Source: a virus
Length of the DNA stretch: 64,000 bases
Direction: 5' to 3' (one strand)
Virus record (IMG/VR): IMGVR_UViG_3300005279_000195
Under the pieces are notes generated by a model. That model worked only from the letters and a program-made list of their open reading frames with translations. It made no database searches and had not been told where the DNA came from. Positions 54,960-64,000 of the stretch are shown here, piece after piece. How positions within the stretch are numbered: position 1 is the stretch's first letter; each line of letters begins with the position of its first letter. The translations under genes and the position numbers were made by a program.

Positions 54960-57572
54960 TTAGAAGGCGTCGTTGAGCAAATCCCTCAGCTCGTCTCCGC
55001 CGTCTGTACCGGTCTCGGCATCGGCCTGCTCGGGCTCGCTGTACTCTGTATACCCGTCGCCGGGCGTCTCCTCTGTGGCGGGCGCATCCGCGTCGGTCTG
55101 CTCCGAGACCATATTCTCCGAGACTCTTTCTTCCGGAGCCTCCTCCTCAGAGACAGGCTCGTTCGGTACGGTGTCGCCGAGGCCGTCTTCACCGCCAGGC
55201 GCGTCATCGGTAATATCCTCGACTTCGCGCTCGGCCCTGCCGGGACTTGGCACGAGGTCGCTTAACTTCGATGTCAGGAGCGAGTACACCTTGGTATCTG
55301 TTCTGTACTTGTTCTCGAACGGCACGATAGCCTTGCCGACCTTGAGCAGGCCCTCACCGGGCTGCCCGGTCGATATGAACGGCAACTGTACCTCCGAGAT
55401 AGACAGAAGCTTGGCAAGTTCCGCTCGGTCGGTACCGTTCTGTGAGAGTATGATGAGGAACTCCGAGTTGTTGAGCATACGGCGAGCATTGTCGGAGGCC
55501 AGAAGGTCCTCGATGTTCTGCGTGATGCCCGTCATAGAACCGCCGTATTTACGACAGCGCTTCCACAGGTTCATCAAATACTGCTCTGAGTACGGGTCTT
55601 GGAACAGTAAGTAAATCTCATCGATGAAGATTGCGGTTTTACGCCCAATCTTACGGTTCTTCGCCATACGGTTGAAGATGGAGTCGAGCGTTACGAGCAT
55701 CGCGAGTGGTTTTAAGTTTCTGCCCAAGTTCAAGATGTCGTAGCTTACCAGCCTGCTGTTAACGTTGACGTTGCTCTGCTTGGCGAACAGGTTCAGGGAA
55801 CCTGACGCGAAGAGTTCGATGGACAACGCCAATCTTGCCGATATGGAGTCGCCCTGACCTTCGAGAACGCTCTTGAAGTCCACGAGTGTAGGCGGTGTGC
55901 CCTTGAACCCGCTGCGGATATAAGGCTTATACACCTGCGACAGACATCTGTCGATGATGGACGACTCCTCGGCGGTCAATGCGCCGCCGTTGATACGGGC
56001 AACGAGGGACATAACAAAGTCCGACTTGACCGCTATCGGGTTGGACGAGTCGGACGCGTACTCTTGCGATAAGTCGAGCGCGTTGATATATGTGTCCTGA
56101 GCCGCGTCGAGGACAACGACTTCGCCGCCCAGCGCTTTGACAAGACTGCCGTATTCCGACTCAGGGTCGATGATGATAACGTCGGTATCGCCGCGTAGAA
56201 CGAGAGACATGATTTCCGACTTGGTTACGAACGACTTACCTGTACCCGCGGAGCCCAGAACGAACGAGTTCTGGTTGGGGAGGTTGTCCTTGTTAACCAT
56301 AAGGAGCTTCTTGGACAACGGGTTGACACCGTAGTAGATACCGTCTTTGTGCATGATATTCTGCGTACGGAACGGCATCAGAGTGGCGAGGCACTCGGTC
56401 ATCAGCAGACGCGACTGCAGGTTGAGATTGACACCGAGCGGGATAGCCGCGTTCATAGCCTCAATCTGTACCTTCCGCGGCACATAGAGCTGCAAGTTGT
56501 TCTTGTGACCGTTGGATATAATAAGTGCCGTATCGCTGTCGAGTTCTTCCAGAGTGTCTGCCATCAGCATAAGGGATACCCAGGTGTAACAGAGGTTCTG
56601 GTCGCGCTCGACCAAATCGGCTAACTGCTCCTCGGCCTCGTCTCGCGGACGCTTCAGGTCGTACGGGATTTCGGCAGTGTAGTTGTCGTGCTTGTTTTGC
56701 GACATCTGCCACTTCGTAATATCACCCGAGACGTTAAACAGGTGCTTTTCCAGCAAGTCTTTAGCCTCTGTGGGCGCCATAACTTTGACGTCGATGGAAA
56801 GGCACGCTGTCTTCGGGATGTTGAGCGTGCTGTAGAGCACGTTGTCGTTGATGATGTTGCCGTAGTCCTTGACGAACAAGGTACGCACGAACTTGTCGCC
56901 GAGTTTTAAGTAGTCCGGAAACACTTCCACGTTATCCGGACAAATATAGTCCTTGAAGTCGTGCATATAGAAGCCCTTGTGCGGGTCGAACGAGTAGAAC
57001 GGCTCTTCGCCGCAGCGATAGATATTATAGAGAACCCGCAGTCTCTCTTCGACCGACAGTTCCAGCATATCCGAGCCAATCTCGTTGAGTTTGGAACGGC
57101 ACGACTTTTCGAGTTGGGACAACTGCATCGCCGCATCGTCGAAGTCGCGCGCATCCACTCGGAGGGTGAGCACTAACTGCGTATCTATGTTGTTAGACTG
57201 CGCAAGTTTCTCGCGGACGTTGGAGTTGAGTTCATTTCGGAGGTCGTCGTAGCCATCGTCTTGCATAGACATCAGAGCGGACTGTTGCAGCACCGCTTCG
57301 TCGATGCGGTGATTGTTCATAGTTATCTTGAACTCGGACCCGGTGGAGAATGAGTTGATGAGTTGCCCGTACTTGGTGAATATGACGTACTTATCCTCGT
57401 CGGACACAACGTCGTAGTTCACGTCGGTGAACTCGTACTGCTTGGTATAGATACCCTTGCCGTGATAGAACACTCCGGTATCGAGGTCGATGCGGTCGAT
57501 ATTGACAATGTCCTGCACGCGGGAAGGGACTTTATAAAAGCGTTTGCGAAGGGATGAAAAACTCAAGGTCAA
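54960..57572 (-). CDS. virB4: VirB4-like conjugal transfer ATPase
   Basis: YYGVN.LS, GSAGTGKSF..K, IIIDPESEY, IFIDE.Y, KRCRKYGG..TGITQN. Confidence 0.95.
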   Translation of the reverse strand: MTLSFSSLRKRFYKVPSRVQDIVNIDRIDLDTGVFYHGKGIYTKQYEFTDVNYDVVSDEDKYVIFTKYGQLINSFSTGSEFKITMNNHRIDEAVLQQSALMSMQDDGYDDLRNELNSNVREKLAQSNNIDTQLVLTLRVDARDFDDAAMQLSQLEKSCRSKLNEIGSDMLELSVEERLRVLYNIYRCGEEPFYSFDPHKGFYMHDFKDYICPDNVEVFPDYLKLGDKFVRTLFVKDYGNIINDNVLYSTLNIPKTACLSIDVKVMAPTEAKDLLEKHLFNVSGDITKWQMSQNKHDNYTAEIPYDLKRPRDEAEEQLADLVERDQNLCYTWVSLMLMADTLEELDSDTALIISNGHKNNLQLYVPRKVQIEAMNAAIPLGVNLNLQSRLLMTECLATLMPFRTQNIMHKDGIYYGVNPLSKKLLMVNKDNLPNQNSFVLGSAGTGKSFVTKSEIMSLVLRGDTDVIIIDPESEYGSLVKALGGEVVVLDAAQDTYINALDLSQEYASDSSNPIAVKSDFVMSLVARINGGALTAEESSIIDRCLSQVYKPYIRSGFKGTPPTLVDFKSVLEGQGDSISARLALSIELFASGSLNLFAKQSNVNVNSRLVSYDILNLGRNLKPLAMLVTLDSIFNRMAKNRKIGRKTAIFIDEIYLLFQDPYSEQYLMNLWKRCRKYGGSMTGITQNIEDLLASDNARRMLNNSEFLIILSQNGTDRAELAKLLSISEVQLPFISTGQPGEGLLKVGKAIVPFENKYRTDTKVYSLLTSKLSDLVPSPGRAEREVEDITDDAPGGEDGLGDTVPNEPVSEEEAPEERVSENMVSEQTDADAPATEETPGDGYTEYSEPEQADAETGTDGGDELRDLLNDAF

Positions 57573-57895
57573 TTATCTCCTTTCTTTTTAGTTTCGAATA
57601 TGGGCGTATTTGAACAGTTGAGAACCTTCGGCGTTTTGAAAAAACGATAGTTGATGAGTGCCAACTCTTCCCCGTTCAATCTGTCCTTTTTGAAAAAACC
57701 TATAAAAGCAAAGAGAGCCGCGAGCCCGAAGCCTATAACGGACAGGAGCGGGCCCTCGAACCATATAGTCATTACAAGCCTGAAGAAAACAAAAGAAAAC
57801 AGAGCCAAACCGCCGCAGATGGTCTGACGGAAAGTGAGGCCCTTCCAGAAGTTCGACTTGTAATCGGAAACGTCTTTATTAAACTGTGTCTGCAT
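57569..57895 (-). CDS. prgI: PrgI-family T4SS membrane protein
   Basis: KD+..YK..FW.GLTFRQ.I, two TM helices, GFFK...L..E; directly upstream of virB4. Confidence 0.85.
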   Translation of the reverse strand: MQTQFNKDVSDYKSNFWKGLTFRQTICGGLALFSFVFFRLVMTIWFEGPLLSVIGFGLAALFAFIGFFKKDRLNGEELALINYRFFKTPKVLNCSNTPIFETKKKGDN

Positions 57896-57916
57896 AATCT
57901 GTGTATCCTTTCGTTA

Positions 57917-59167
57917 TTAGCCTACAATCTCCTGTGAGAAGCGGTCGGAGAACTCGGCCGTCTTCTGCATAAGCGAGAGATAGAGGTTGAGGCCCAGGAA
58001 GCCACCTGAGGACGCAAGGAAGGCAATCTCCTTACAAACCTCATCGCTGGTTGCAAGGCCTTCCGCTTCGGCGCCGGCGACACCGGCTGCGGTTAGCAAG
58101 TCGGAAATGATATGGTAAGCGTCTAAAATACAATGGGACGTGCCTCCCGGCAACGTGATGGTCGCGCGGCACACGAGAAGTGTTACCAGACTGAGTGCGA
58201 GCACTTTAAGCAAGTTGTTCAGCACCGCCCCTGCGAAAGTTTTGAAATATTGAGTGGTTTTGCTCGCCGTTTCCGGTGCGGCCAAAAACGGAATAGCCAA
58301 AGGCGCGCCGAAAAACAGCACCATCACTCGCGCTATGCTTGGCAATATGGATATAAAAAACTCCAGTACCTTTTTGGAAAGTTTTATAAAAGCGAGTAAA
58401 CAGATAATAGTGCCGATAGCGGAGCTTCGAATGGACATAGACTCGTTTACAGAGTCCATAAAACTTAAATCGCCGTAGTCTCCGCTCCATAAATCGTTTT
58501 CGTTCACATCAAACCCGGTATCGTTTCCGGGGGACGAACCTATACCGGCGTTTTTTAGCTGAGTTTTAAACCAGTCGCTTGCGACGCTGACGGTCCCTCC
58601 CACGCCGCTGCTGGCGGTCACGGAGGTATATAAGCTTCGGAACATCAGGAACAGGTATCCCATCATCCGATAACTTACTAAAACAAGCCCATAAGCAAGT
58701 ATCCACCGCGCTATCCTCGAAAAGATAATGGATAGCTGAGCGTGGTTCTTATCGAGCTGAATAGAACTTTCCGCGAAGCCGTAAAAGAATACGACCAGTG
58801 TCAAGGCGCAACCCGCTGTTTTGAACGCGGTAACCCAAAGATTCAAGCCTACATCGGCGGCCAAACGGGACATCGTGAAATTGGCAAATCGCTCATCCGC
58901 CGCGTCCGAAACTGTCAGCATACTATCGTCCATAACGAGTGAAAACGGGTCCGATAACAGCAGGTTTACACCGTTGCCGAGAGTCCACGCGGTCAGGTCA
59001 ACCGCGGCGCCGTATAACGAAGCCGCGCCGGTTTTCATTAAAATGCCGAGACACTTCAGCAAGAAGATGAGGAGCTTTATCAAAGCCCAAACCGCGCTTA
59101 ATAGACCGCCGATGTCGGTGATGATGTTGCCTTGTATCACGCCGACAATATCGGGAAAGTTAAGCAT
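57917..59167 (-). CDS. VirB6-like polytopic membrane protein
   Basis: Several TM segments, APLAIPF.A..ET...YFK.F; position in the operon. Confidence 0.7.
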   Translation of the reverse strand: MLNFPDIVGVIQGNIITDIGGLLSAVWALIKLLIFLLKCLGILMKTGAASLYGAAVDLTAWTLGNGVNLLLSDPFSLVMDDSMLTVSDAADERFANFTMSRLAADVGLNLWVTAFKTAGCALTLVVFFYGFAESSIQLDKNHAQLSIIFSRIARWILAYGLVLVSYRMMGYLFLMFRSLYTSVTASSGVGGTVSVASDWFKTQLKNAGIGSSPGNDTGFDVNENDLWSGDYGDLSFMDSVNESMSIRSSAIGTIICLLAFIKLSKKVLEFFISILPSIARVMVLFFGAPLAIPFLAAPETASKTTQYFKTFAGAVLNNLLKVLALSLVTLLVCRATITLPGGTSHCILDAYHIISDLLTAAGVAGAEAEGLATSDEVCKEIAFLASSGGFLGLNLYLSLMQKTAEFSDRFSQEIVG

Positions 59168-59245
59168 AAGAACAACTCTCCTTTCAACAAAAATTTAGCC
59201 GGGCCCCGCAATGGAGACCCGGCTTTGAAACTTTGCGTTTTTTGA

Positions 59246-59539
59246 TTAGAACGAAACGTTTTCGTTAATCATATCGCTGTCGCCCGAAACGGCAGAGACG
59301 ATTTTGGGCAGTATCATAAGCAAGATGCCCGAGAAGAATGTGATAGCACCCTGCAAGCGCTGGTTGTTATCGCGGGCTTCCAACGACATCGCGAAGTTAA
59401 ATCCGCCCCAGATGCACAAAATAACACCGAGAGCCGACATAACCGTTGAGATGATGCCGGCGAAATTGCGCGCCATATTGGAGAACGTCGACAACTGAAT
59501 GAGCTGCATCCCCAACCTAATCATACTGAGTTCCTTCAT
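59246..59539 (-). CDS. pilin/VirB2-like (Maff2-like) small membrane protein
   Basis: Two hydrophobic helices around G..L.IWGG.N......D...R.QG. Confidence 0.65.
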   Translation of the reverse strand: MKELSMIRLGMQLIQLSTFSNMARNFAGIISTVMSALGVILCIWGGFNFAMSLEARDNNQRLQGAITFFSGILLMILPKIVSAVSGDSDMINENVSF

Positions 59540-59576
59540 TGTTAAAATCTCCTTTACGTAAAAGAATTTTTGGTTT

Positions 59577-61430
59577 TTATTTCCGGCGTTTCTTTTTCTG
59601 CGGGTCGAAGTTTACATAGTCCAACTCGCTTTGGGAAACGAAGAAATACGTGTTGGTGAGAGGTTCTATCTCAACACTCTCGGGGTCTAATATCTCAGCC
59701 GCCTCCTCGTCGAACTCGGCTACGATATGGTGTTTCAGGTTGGAATACTTCTTCCCCGTCTTGGTATCGTATGCTGAATACTCGATGAACGGCTTCCAGT
59801 AAGGGTCTTCTACTATATTTATCTTGTTATCTTTAACCGGGTTTTCACCGCGGATGAAGAGCAGCGCCAGCTCGTTGTCCAGGCGCCGGATTTCCGAAGT
59901 GTCGAGCAAGTCTCGCGCTATCCTCTGGTCGGAGTGCGAGTATGAGCCTTTCGAGCCCTTTTGCGTCGACGACGAACGCGTGTCGAGCGTGTACTTGCCA
60001 AGCAACTCGGAGAAGTATTTGCCCGTCTCCAAACCGCCCGAGCCCAAGAACAGTATCGTGTCGCAGTTGTCGACCATAACTTCCCACGAGTCCTTATACA
60101 GACTTTTGAGCTGCGACAAGGACTGTATGATGATTGACGCCGATACATTACGCGAACGCATTGTCGATAGGACTTTCTCGAAGTCCGACGGCAGTTTGAT
60201 GTTGGCAAACTCGTCCATCAGAACCTCAACGTGGAACGGCAACGCGCCTTTATAGCGCTCGTCCGCAGCACGGAACAGTGTGTTGAATAACTGTGAGTAG
60301 AATATCGACACGATAAAATTCAGCGATGTATCCGTGTCGGATATTACAAGGAACACTATGCGCTTACGGTCACCCAAGGTCGATAAGTCCATATCGTCGA
60401 AGCGCGTCAGGCGGATAAGCCCGTCGTTGTTGAACGCCGTGAGTTTGGCGTTGAGCGTTGACGCAACGTCCTTCTTGACGTTCGCCGAAGACGGCGAATA
60501 CTCGTTCCAGTACCGCAGGGCTATGTGTTCCGGGTTGCGAGCCTTCAACTCGGCAAATATCGGGTCGGCCTCGGTGGTGGCGTTTTGTCCGCCCATACCG
60601 CCGCCTGAGACGATACACGCCTTGCGTTTGAGCTCCATAACAGAGCCGAAGTTCCGCGACGCTTCCGGGTACTCGAAATATACGTAGTACATAATAGCCA
60701 GAAGCAGGGACTTGGCCGAGTTCTCCCAGAACGGGTCTTGCTTATTCTCCGAGCCGTTATCCGCCGCGGAGAATATGATGTTAACCAGGTTCTCTATATC
60801 GCGCTGATACTCGGTTTCACGGATGTAGTAGAACGGGTTGTAGCAGTCCGACTCCTCGAAGTTGGTGAGGTTTAAGACTTTAACATCGTAGCCCAACTCG
60901 ATAAGTCTGTTGCCTGCGTTAACCAAGTGCTCGCCCTTAGGGTCAATGTCGATGAATGAGCACCCCGCGGTCAAAAGGTTCGGCATAGCGTATCGGAACG
61001 TCTTACCTGTACCGGAGCCGCCGAGGATGAGCGAGTTGGCATTACGGCCTGCGAACTTGTTGTCGTATGAAAGCGAAAAGTTCTCGGTGAAGCGCTTGTT
61101 ATACGAGTCGTCGTTGGGGTCTTCGTATTTCTTTTGCAAAGCCTTGACGTTACCCCAATCAGAGGTGCCGTGTTCCTCGCCCGGTCTCGCGTTGCCCGTC
61201 AGGGATATGAATACAAACATACCCGCAGCGTAAACAAGCAGGAAATAGAGCGCCCACTTGAACGACGGCGCGAGCCAGTTGGTATAGACCGCGATTTTCG
61301 GGTCCATCATTGTGTTAATGAACCCGTAGTCTTCTATGCTTGCACCGAGGAGAAAACCGAGCAACGTCACAAACGGCGCCATGAACAGCGCCGCCTTGAT
61401 ATACATTCTCTGTCTGGTATTATTCTGCAT
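59577..61430 (-). CDS. virD4: VirD4/TraG coupling protein
   Basis: EHGTS.WG, GGSGTGKT, DPKGE, PFWE, LMDEFAN, MRSRN+S..II.QS..QL. Confidence 0.95.
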   Translation of the reverse strand: MQNNTRQRMYIKAALFMAPFVTLLGFLLGASIEDYGFINTMMDPKIAVYTNWLAPSFKWALYFLLVYAAGMFVFISLTGNARPGEEHGTSDWGNVKALQKKYEDPNDDSYNKRFTENFSLSYDNKFAGRNANSLILGGSGTGKTFRYAMPNLLTAGCSFIDIDPKGEHLVNAGNRLIELGYDVKVLNLTNFEESDCYNPFYYIRETEYQRDIENLVNIIFSAADNGSENKQDPFWENSAKSLLLAIMYYVYFEYPEASRNFGSVMELKRKACIVSGGGMGGQNATTEADPIFAELKARNPEHIALRYWNEYSPSSANVKKDVASTLNAKLTAFNNDGLIRLTRFDDMDLSTLGDRKRIVFLVISDTDTSLNFIVSIFYSQLFNTLFRAADERYKGALPFHVEVLMDEFANIKLPSDFEKVLSTMRSRNVSASIIIQSLSQLKSLYKDSWEVMVDNCDTILFLGSGGLETGKYFSELLGKYTLDTRSSSTQKGSKGSYSHSDQRIARDLLDTSEIRRLDNELALLFIRGENPVKDNKINIVEDPYWKPFIEYSAYDTKTGKKYSNLKHHIVAEFDEEAAEILDPESVEIEPLTNTYFFVSQSELDYVNFDPQKKKRRK

Positions 61431-62145
61431 TCTCTGCTACGTTGAGATAACGTGAAGCGTAGGCCTGAACATTATCTCTTTCACTCCTTCCCACAACGAT
61501 TTTGCGCTCTTCCGGTGTCAGGCCCGGCAACAACGAAAACAATTCCAAATCGGGGTCTTTGTTTTGAGACTGACCTTGGCTTTGGGCCTGACTTTTCAAG
61601 GCTTCCGCAGCCGTATTGGTCCAGTGGTTGTCGATTAAGAGCCCCTGAAACCCGAACATGAAAGCAAGCGTATCTCCCACCCCGCGCACCCAAAGACTCG
61701 CGGTTGGGTCATCACTCGTTTCGGGTTTAGGCAGCCCGTAATTAGTGAAGACCACTGTGATAAAATCAGACTCAGTTAGTTCGAGCCCCGCCGTCTTGAA
61801 CGCTCGCTCCGCAACGTCCGGCTCATCTATAAGAAACACTGTCGGTGTTTCCTCAGTCAAAGACGACCACATAAGACAAGCCGCGCCAACCTCGTGTAGG
61901 TTCTTCAGTACCATTCCCTCTTTGTCCGGAGGAACGAAGATGGCGAACGTCTGCTTGGTTGGGTCGCCGCCCGCACGCGTTGTGAACGGCGGGTTGCTGA
62001 GCGACGCGGTTGTAAGACGCTTCTCGTTGTCGTTAATGAACTTCGTATAGAGAGCCTGCACCATCTTCATAGCGTCGAGGTTCTCGCCGTAGGTCGTAAC
62101 GCCTATCCTTCCTGTTGTAATCTCTAAACTTTGTGCCACGCTCAA
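61420..62145 (-). CDS. hypothetical protein in the transfer operon (241 aa)
   Basis: AGGAAAGGAG RBS; lies between the relaxase region and virD4. Confidence 0.75.
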   Translation of the reverse strand: MSVAQSLEITTGRIGVTTYGENLDAMKMVQALYTKFINDNEKRLTTASLSNPPFTTRAGGDPTKQTFAIFVPPDKEGMVLKNLHEVGAACLMWSSLTEETPTVFLIDEPDVAERAFKTAGLELTESDFITVVFTNYGLPKPETSDDPTASLWVRGVGDTLAFMFGFQGLLIDNHWTNTAAEALKSQAQSQGQSQNKDPDLELFSLLPGLTPEERKIVVGRSERDNVQAYASRYLNVAENAE

Positions 62146-62172
62146 TAACTCCTTTCCTGTTTACTTCACCAA

Positions 62173-63495
62173 TTACATCGGCATAGGGATACCGCCGCCC
62201 CCATTCTGCAGCAGTTTTGTCAGTGCCTCTGCGATTTGTTCGGATGACGCGGCCTGACCCGCAGCCGCCATCTTCTGCAACGCCTCGGCGGGGAGTTTGA
62301 ACGCCTTACCTTCAGCGTGGATAACGGCGTTATACCTGTCGCGGATAACATTTTCAAGGAACATCTCTTTGCCCGTTTCGGGGTCTGTGCGGCGTATCGC
62401 TCTCGAAACACCGGGCCCGCCCTGTTTTTCGCCATACGCGAATTTCGGGCCGCCGTACGGATGGAGTTCCTTGTCTGTTAAGTCGTAGTCCATAAGCTGA
62501 TTGCGCAGGTCGGCGCGGGCCGCCTCTTTCTGAGTGCCCGGCAAAGCCGAAAGTTTAAGCTCGTTAACCGTGTGGAAAAGACCTTCAAACCCAAACTCCG
62601 AGTCAACGGTGAACGCACCCGCCTCTGTCGGATGCTCTATCAACTTAACACCGTGCCGTTTAAGTGCATTTTGATAATCTTTGAACGCGCGTGTGCCGAC
62701 GCTTGAAGGGTCTAATCGCACAACGACGCGATAATTGTCAACGTGCTCGGCAACAATATCTGAGAGCTTTCCGCCGTCTCCGAGAAGTTCATCGAGGGCT
62801 GGGTTCTTTTTAAGACCCTCTTTGAAAGCCAAAAACTGCCCGATGGAACCCGTAAAGTTGAACACGCCTTCCTTGCCTTGTGCTATAGACTCGGCTACGG
62901 AAATGCCGTATTTTTTCTCGATGGCGACTTTGAGGCGGCTTATCTGTTCCCTTGTCATGTTGCGACCCAAATCGACTTGGAGAAGCGGCGGATAACCCGT
63001 CGGGGTTATGCCGATAGCAACACGTTCCTGACGTGCCGCGTCGATAAACTGTATCGCATCCCAGGCCGAACCCGACAGTTCGAACGACTGCATCGCGTCG
63101 CCCGTTGTACTGATGTTTTTGGAAAGAGCCGCATAAGACGACTGCGGCTTGCCGTTCTCACCCAGAATAACCTGCAAAGTCTTGCCGGTCTCGTCCATCG
63201 GTGCTCCGACACCGCCGTACATAGCCCACTGATTGAATAAATCTTTAGTTTTGTTTTGACTTTGCGCGCGCGCAAGGAGGAGAATACCTGTAGCAAGCGC
63301 TGTGAGCCCTGTCGCGATACCGCCGATAGCGTTCATCGCCTGCCCCGCTTCTTCGGACAAAGCACCGCCGACTGTGCGGCCTTCGTCAGACAACATATTA
63401 AGTTGTGTGCCTGCGTGCCTTGTCATCTCTGTTGCGTTACTGAGTTTCTCTGTCATACCGCTCTTAACGGCTTGTACTCCCTTCTTAAACGCCAT
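62173..63495 (-). CDS. hypothetical transfer-region protein, possibly PcfB-like (440 aa)
   Basis: GAGGAG RBS; weak resemblance of GDAMQSFEL...FIDAARQERV to the PcfB core; position next to the relaxase. Confidence 0.55.
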   Translation of the reverse strand: MAFKKGVQAVKSGMTEKLSNATEMTRHAGTQLNMLSDEGRTVGGALSEEAGQAMNAIGGIATGLTALATGILLLARAQSQNKTKDLFNQWAMYGGVGAPMDETGKTLQVILGENGKPQSSYAALSKNISTTGDAMQSFELSGSAWDAIQFIDAARQERVAIGITPTGYPPLLQVDLGRNMTREQISRLKVAIEKKYGISVAESIAQGKEGVFNFTGSIGQFLAFKEGLKKNPALDELLGDGGKLSDIVAEHVDNYRVVVRLDPSSVGTRAFKDYQNALKRHGVKLIEHPTEAGAFTVDSEFGFEGLFHTVNELKLSALPGTQKEAARADLRNQLMDYDLTDKELHPYGGPKFAYGEKQGGPGVSRAIRRTDPETGKEMFLENVIRDRYNAVIHAEGKAFKLPAEALQKMAAAGQAASSEQIAEALTKLLQNGGGGIPMPM

Positions 63496-64000
63496 TGTGT
63501 CTTTTCTCCTCGACAATTTGCTCTTGTCTCTTTTTATCTTTATCTATAGCCGCCGCGACCGCCGCAGATTGCGGCGTTCCGACCGCGGTTGGTGCCTCGT
63601 AGTTGAACAGGTTCTTGAATAGAGGGTTGATTGAAACCAAAGAAACGGCCTTGCCGTTCTTCAGACGCAACCACCCTGTCTTCTTGTTGAATTTCATTCC
63701 GTGTTCATCAAGGTTCTTTTTAAGTTCCGCCTCGTTGGGTGAGGCCATTCTGATATCGACAAGTTCCGCCTCTAAGCGGCCTTTATCAAACCTCTCCTTC
63801 GGTTTCTTTTCCGTCACAGTGAGGTTGTACTCTGCGCACACCTTGTCGGTCACCGCTTTCAGGCGGTAATAGTTCTTCTCGTTGTTGACCGCTTTGTGCC
63901 CATCCCGGAACGATACCGAGTTTACGAAGAAGTGGCAGTGCAACGTGTCCGTGTTGGTATGCACCGAGAGGAGAACTTGGAAGTCTTCTCCCCACATCTC
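63485..64000 (-). CDS. MOBP-type relaxase, C-terminal part (start beyond window end)
   Basis: FQVLLSVHTNTDTLHCHFFVNSVSF.DG.K (HUH motif III) followed by Y.+LK...D.+C.EY.L. Confidence 0.88.
   Translation of the reverse strand, partial: EMWGEDFQVLLSVHTNTDTLHCHFFVNSVSFRDGHKAVNNEKNYYRLKAVTDKVCAEYNLTVTEKKPKERFDKGRLEAELVDIRMASPNEAELKKNLDEHGMKFNKKTGWLRLKNGKAVSLVSINPLFKNLFNYEAPTAVGTPQSAAVAAAIDKDKKRQEQIVEEKRHNGV

Larger units (their letters stand above)
52330..64000 (-). mobile_element. conjugation module (MOBP relaxase, T4CP, Firmicutes-type T4SS)
   Basis: Gene order relaxase - 2 hypotheticals - virD4 - pilin - virB6-like - prgI - virB4 - CHAP. Confidence 0.9.

Noticed and set aside
1-64000. Reverse transcriptase systems (retron, DGR, group II intron) or inteins
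   Set aside because: No YxDD RT motif, and no unexplained insertions in PolA, TopB, VirB4 or the helicases.

Overview
This window is part of a large (>64 kb) conjugative element, either a plasmid or an ICE. A Gram-positive, probably clostridial, host is inferred from the sigmaA-type promoters, AGAAAGGA(G) ribosome-binding sites and Firmicutes-type T4SS. The right end encodes a MOBP-type relaxase (truncated by the window edge), VirD4, a pilin-like protein, VirB6-like, PrgI, VirB4 and a CHAP wall hydrolase. The middle carries a rearranged phage-style replication/recombination set: family A DNA polymerase, VapE-type ATPase, VRR-NUC, SNF2 helicase, DUF2800-like Cas4-type nuclease and an SSB-like protein. 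Also present are topoisomerase III, a Toprim/DUF3991 primase-like protein and a Cas4-like/UvrD fusion. No virion genes were seen. Accessory cargo includes an EcoRI-family adenine MTase with a DUF262-HNH partner, a HEPN-CBS protein, a SUKH immunity-like protein, a membrane nuclease, a GT-C-like membrane protein, a 5'-nucleotidase, many small acidic orphans and the 5' end of a tnpB. The most unusual signal is non-coding: a ~1 kb tandem array of six sigmaA promoter / short ORF-less transcript / hairpin units at 24.7-25.6 kb, with a seventh at 37.8 kb. Two repeat-dense intergenic regions (4.6-5.8 kb and 9.3-9.9 kb) and a ~19-bp motif at about 13 gene boundaries also stand out. All calls come from reading motifs by eye; no searches were run.
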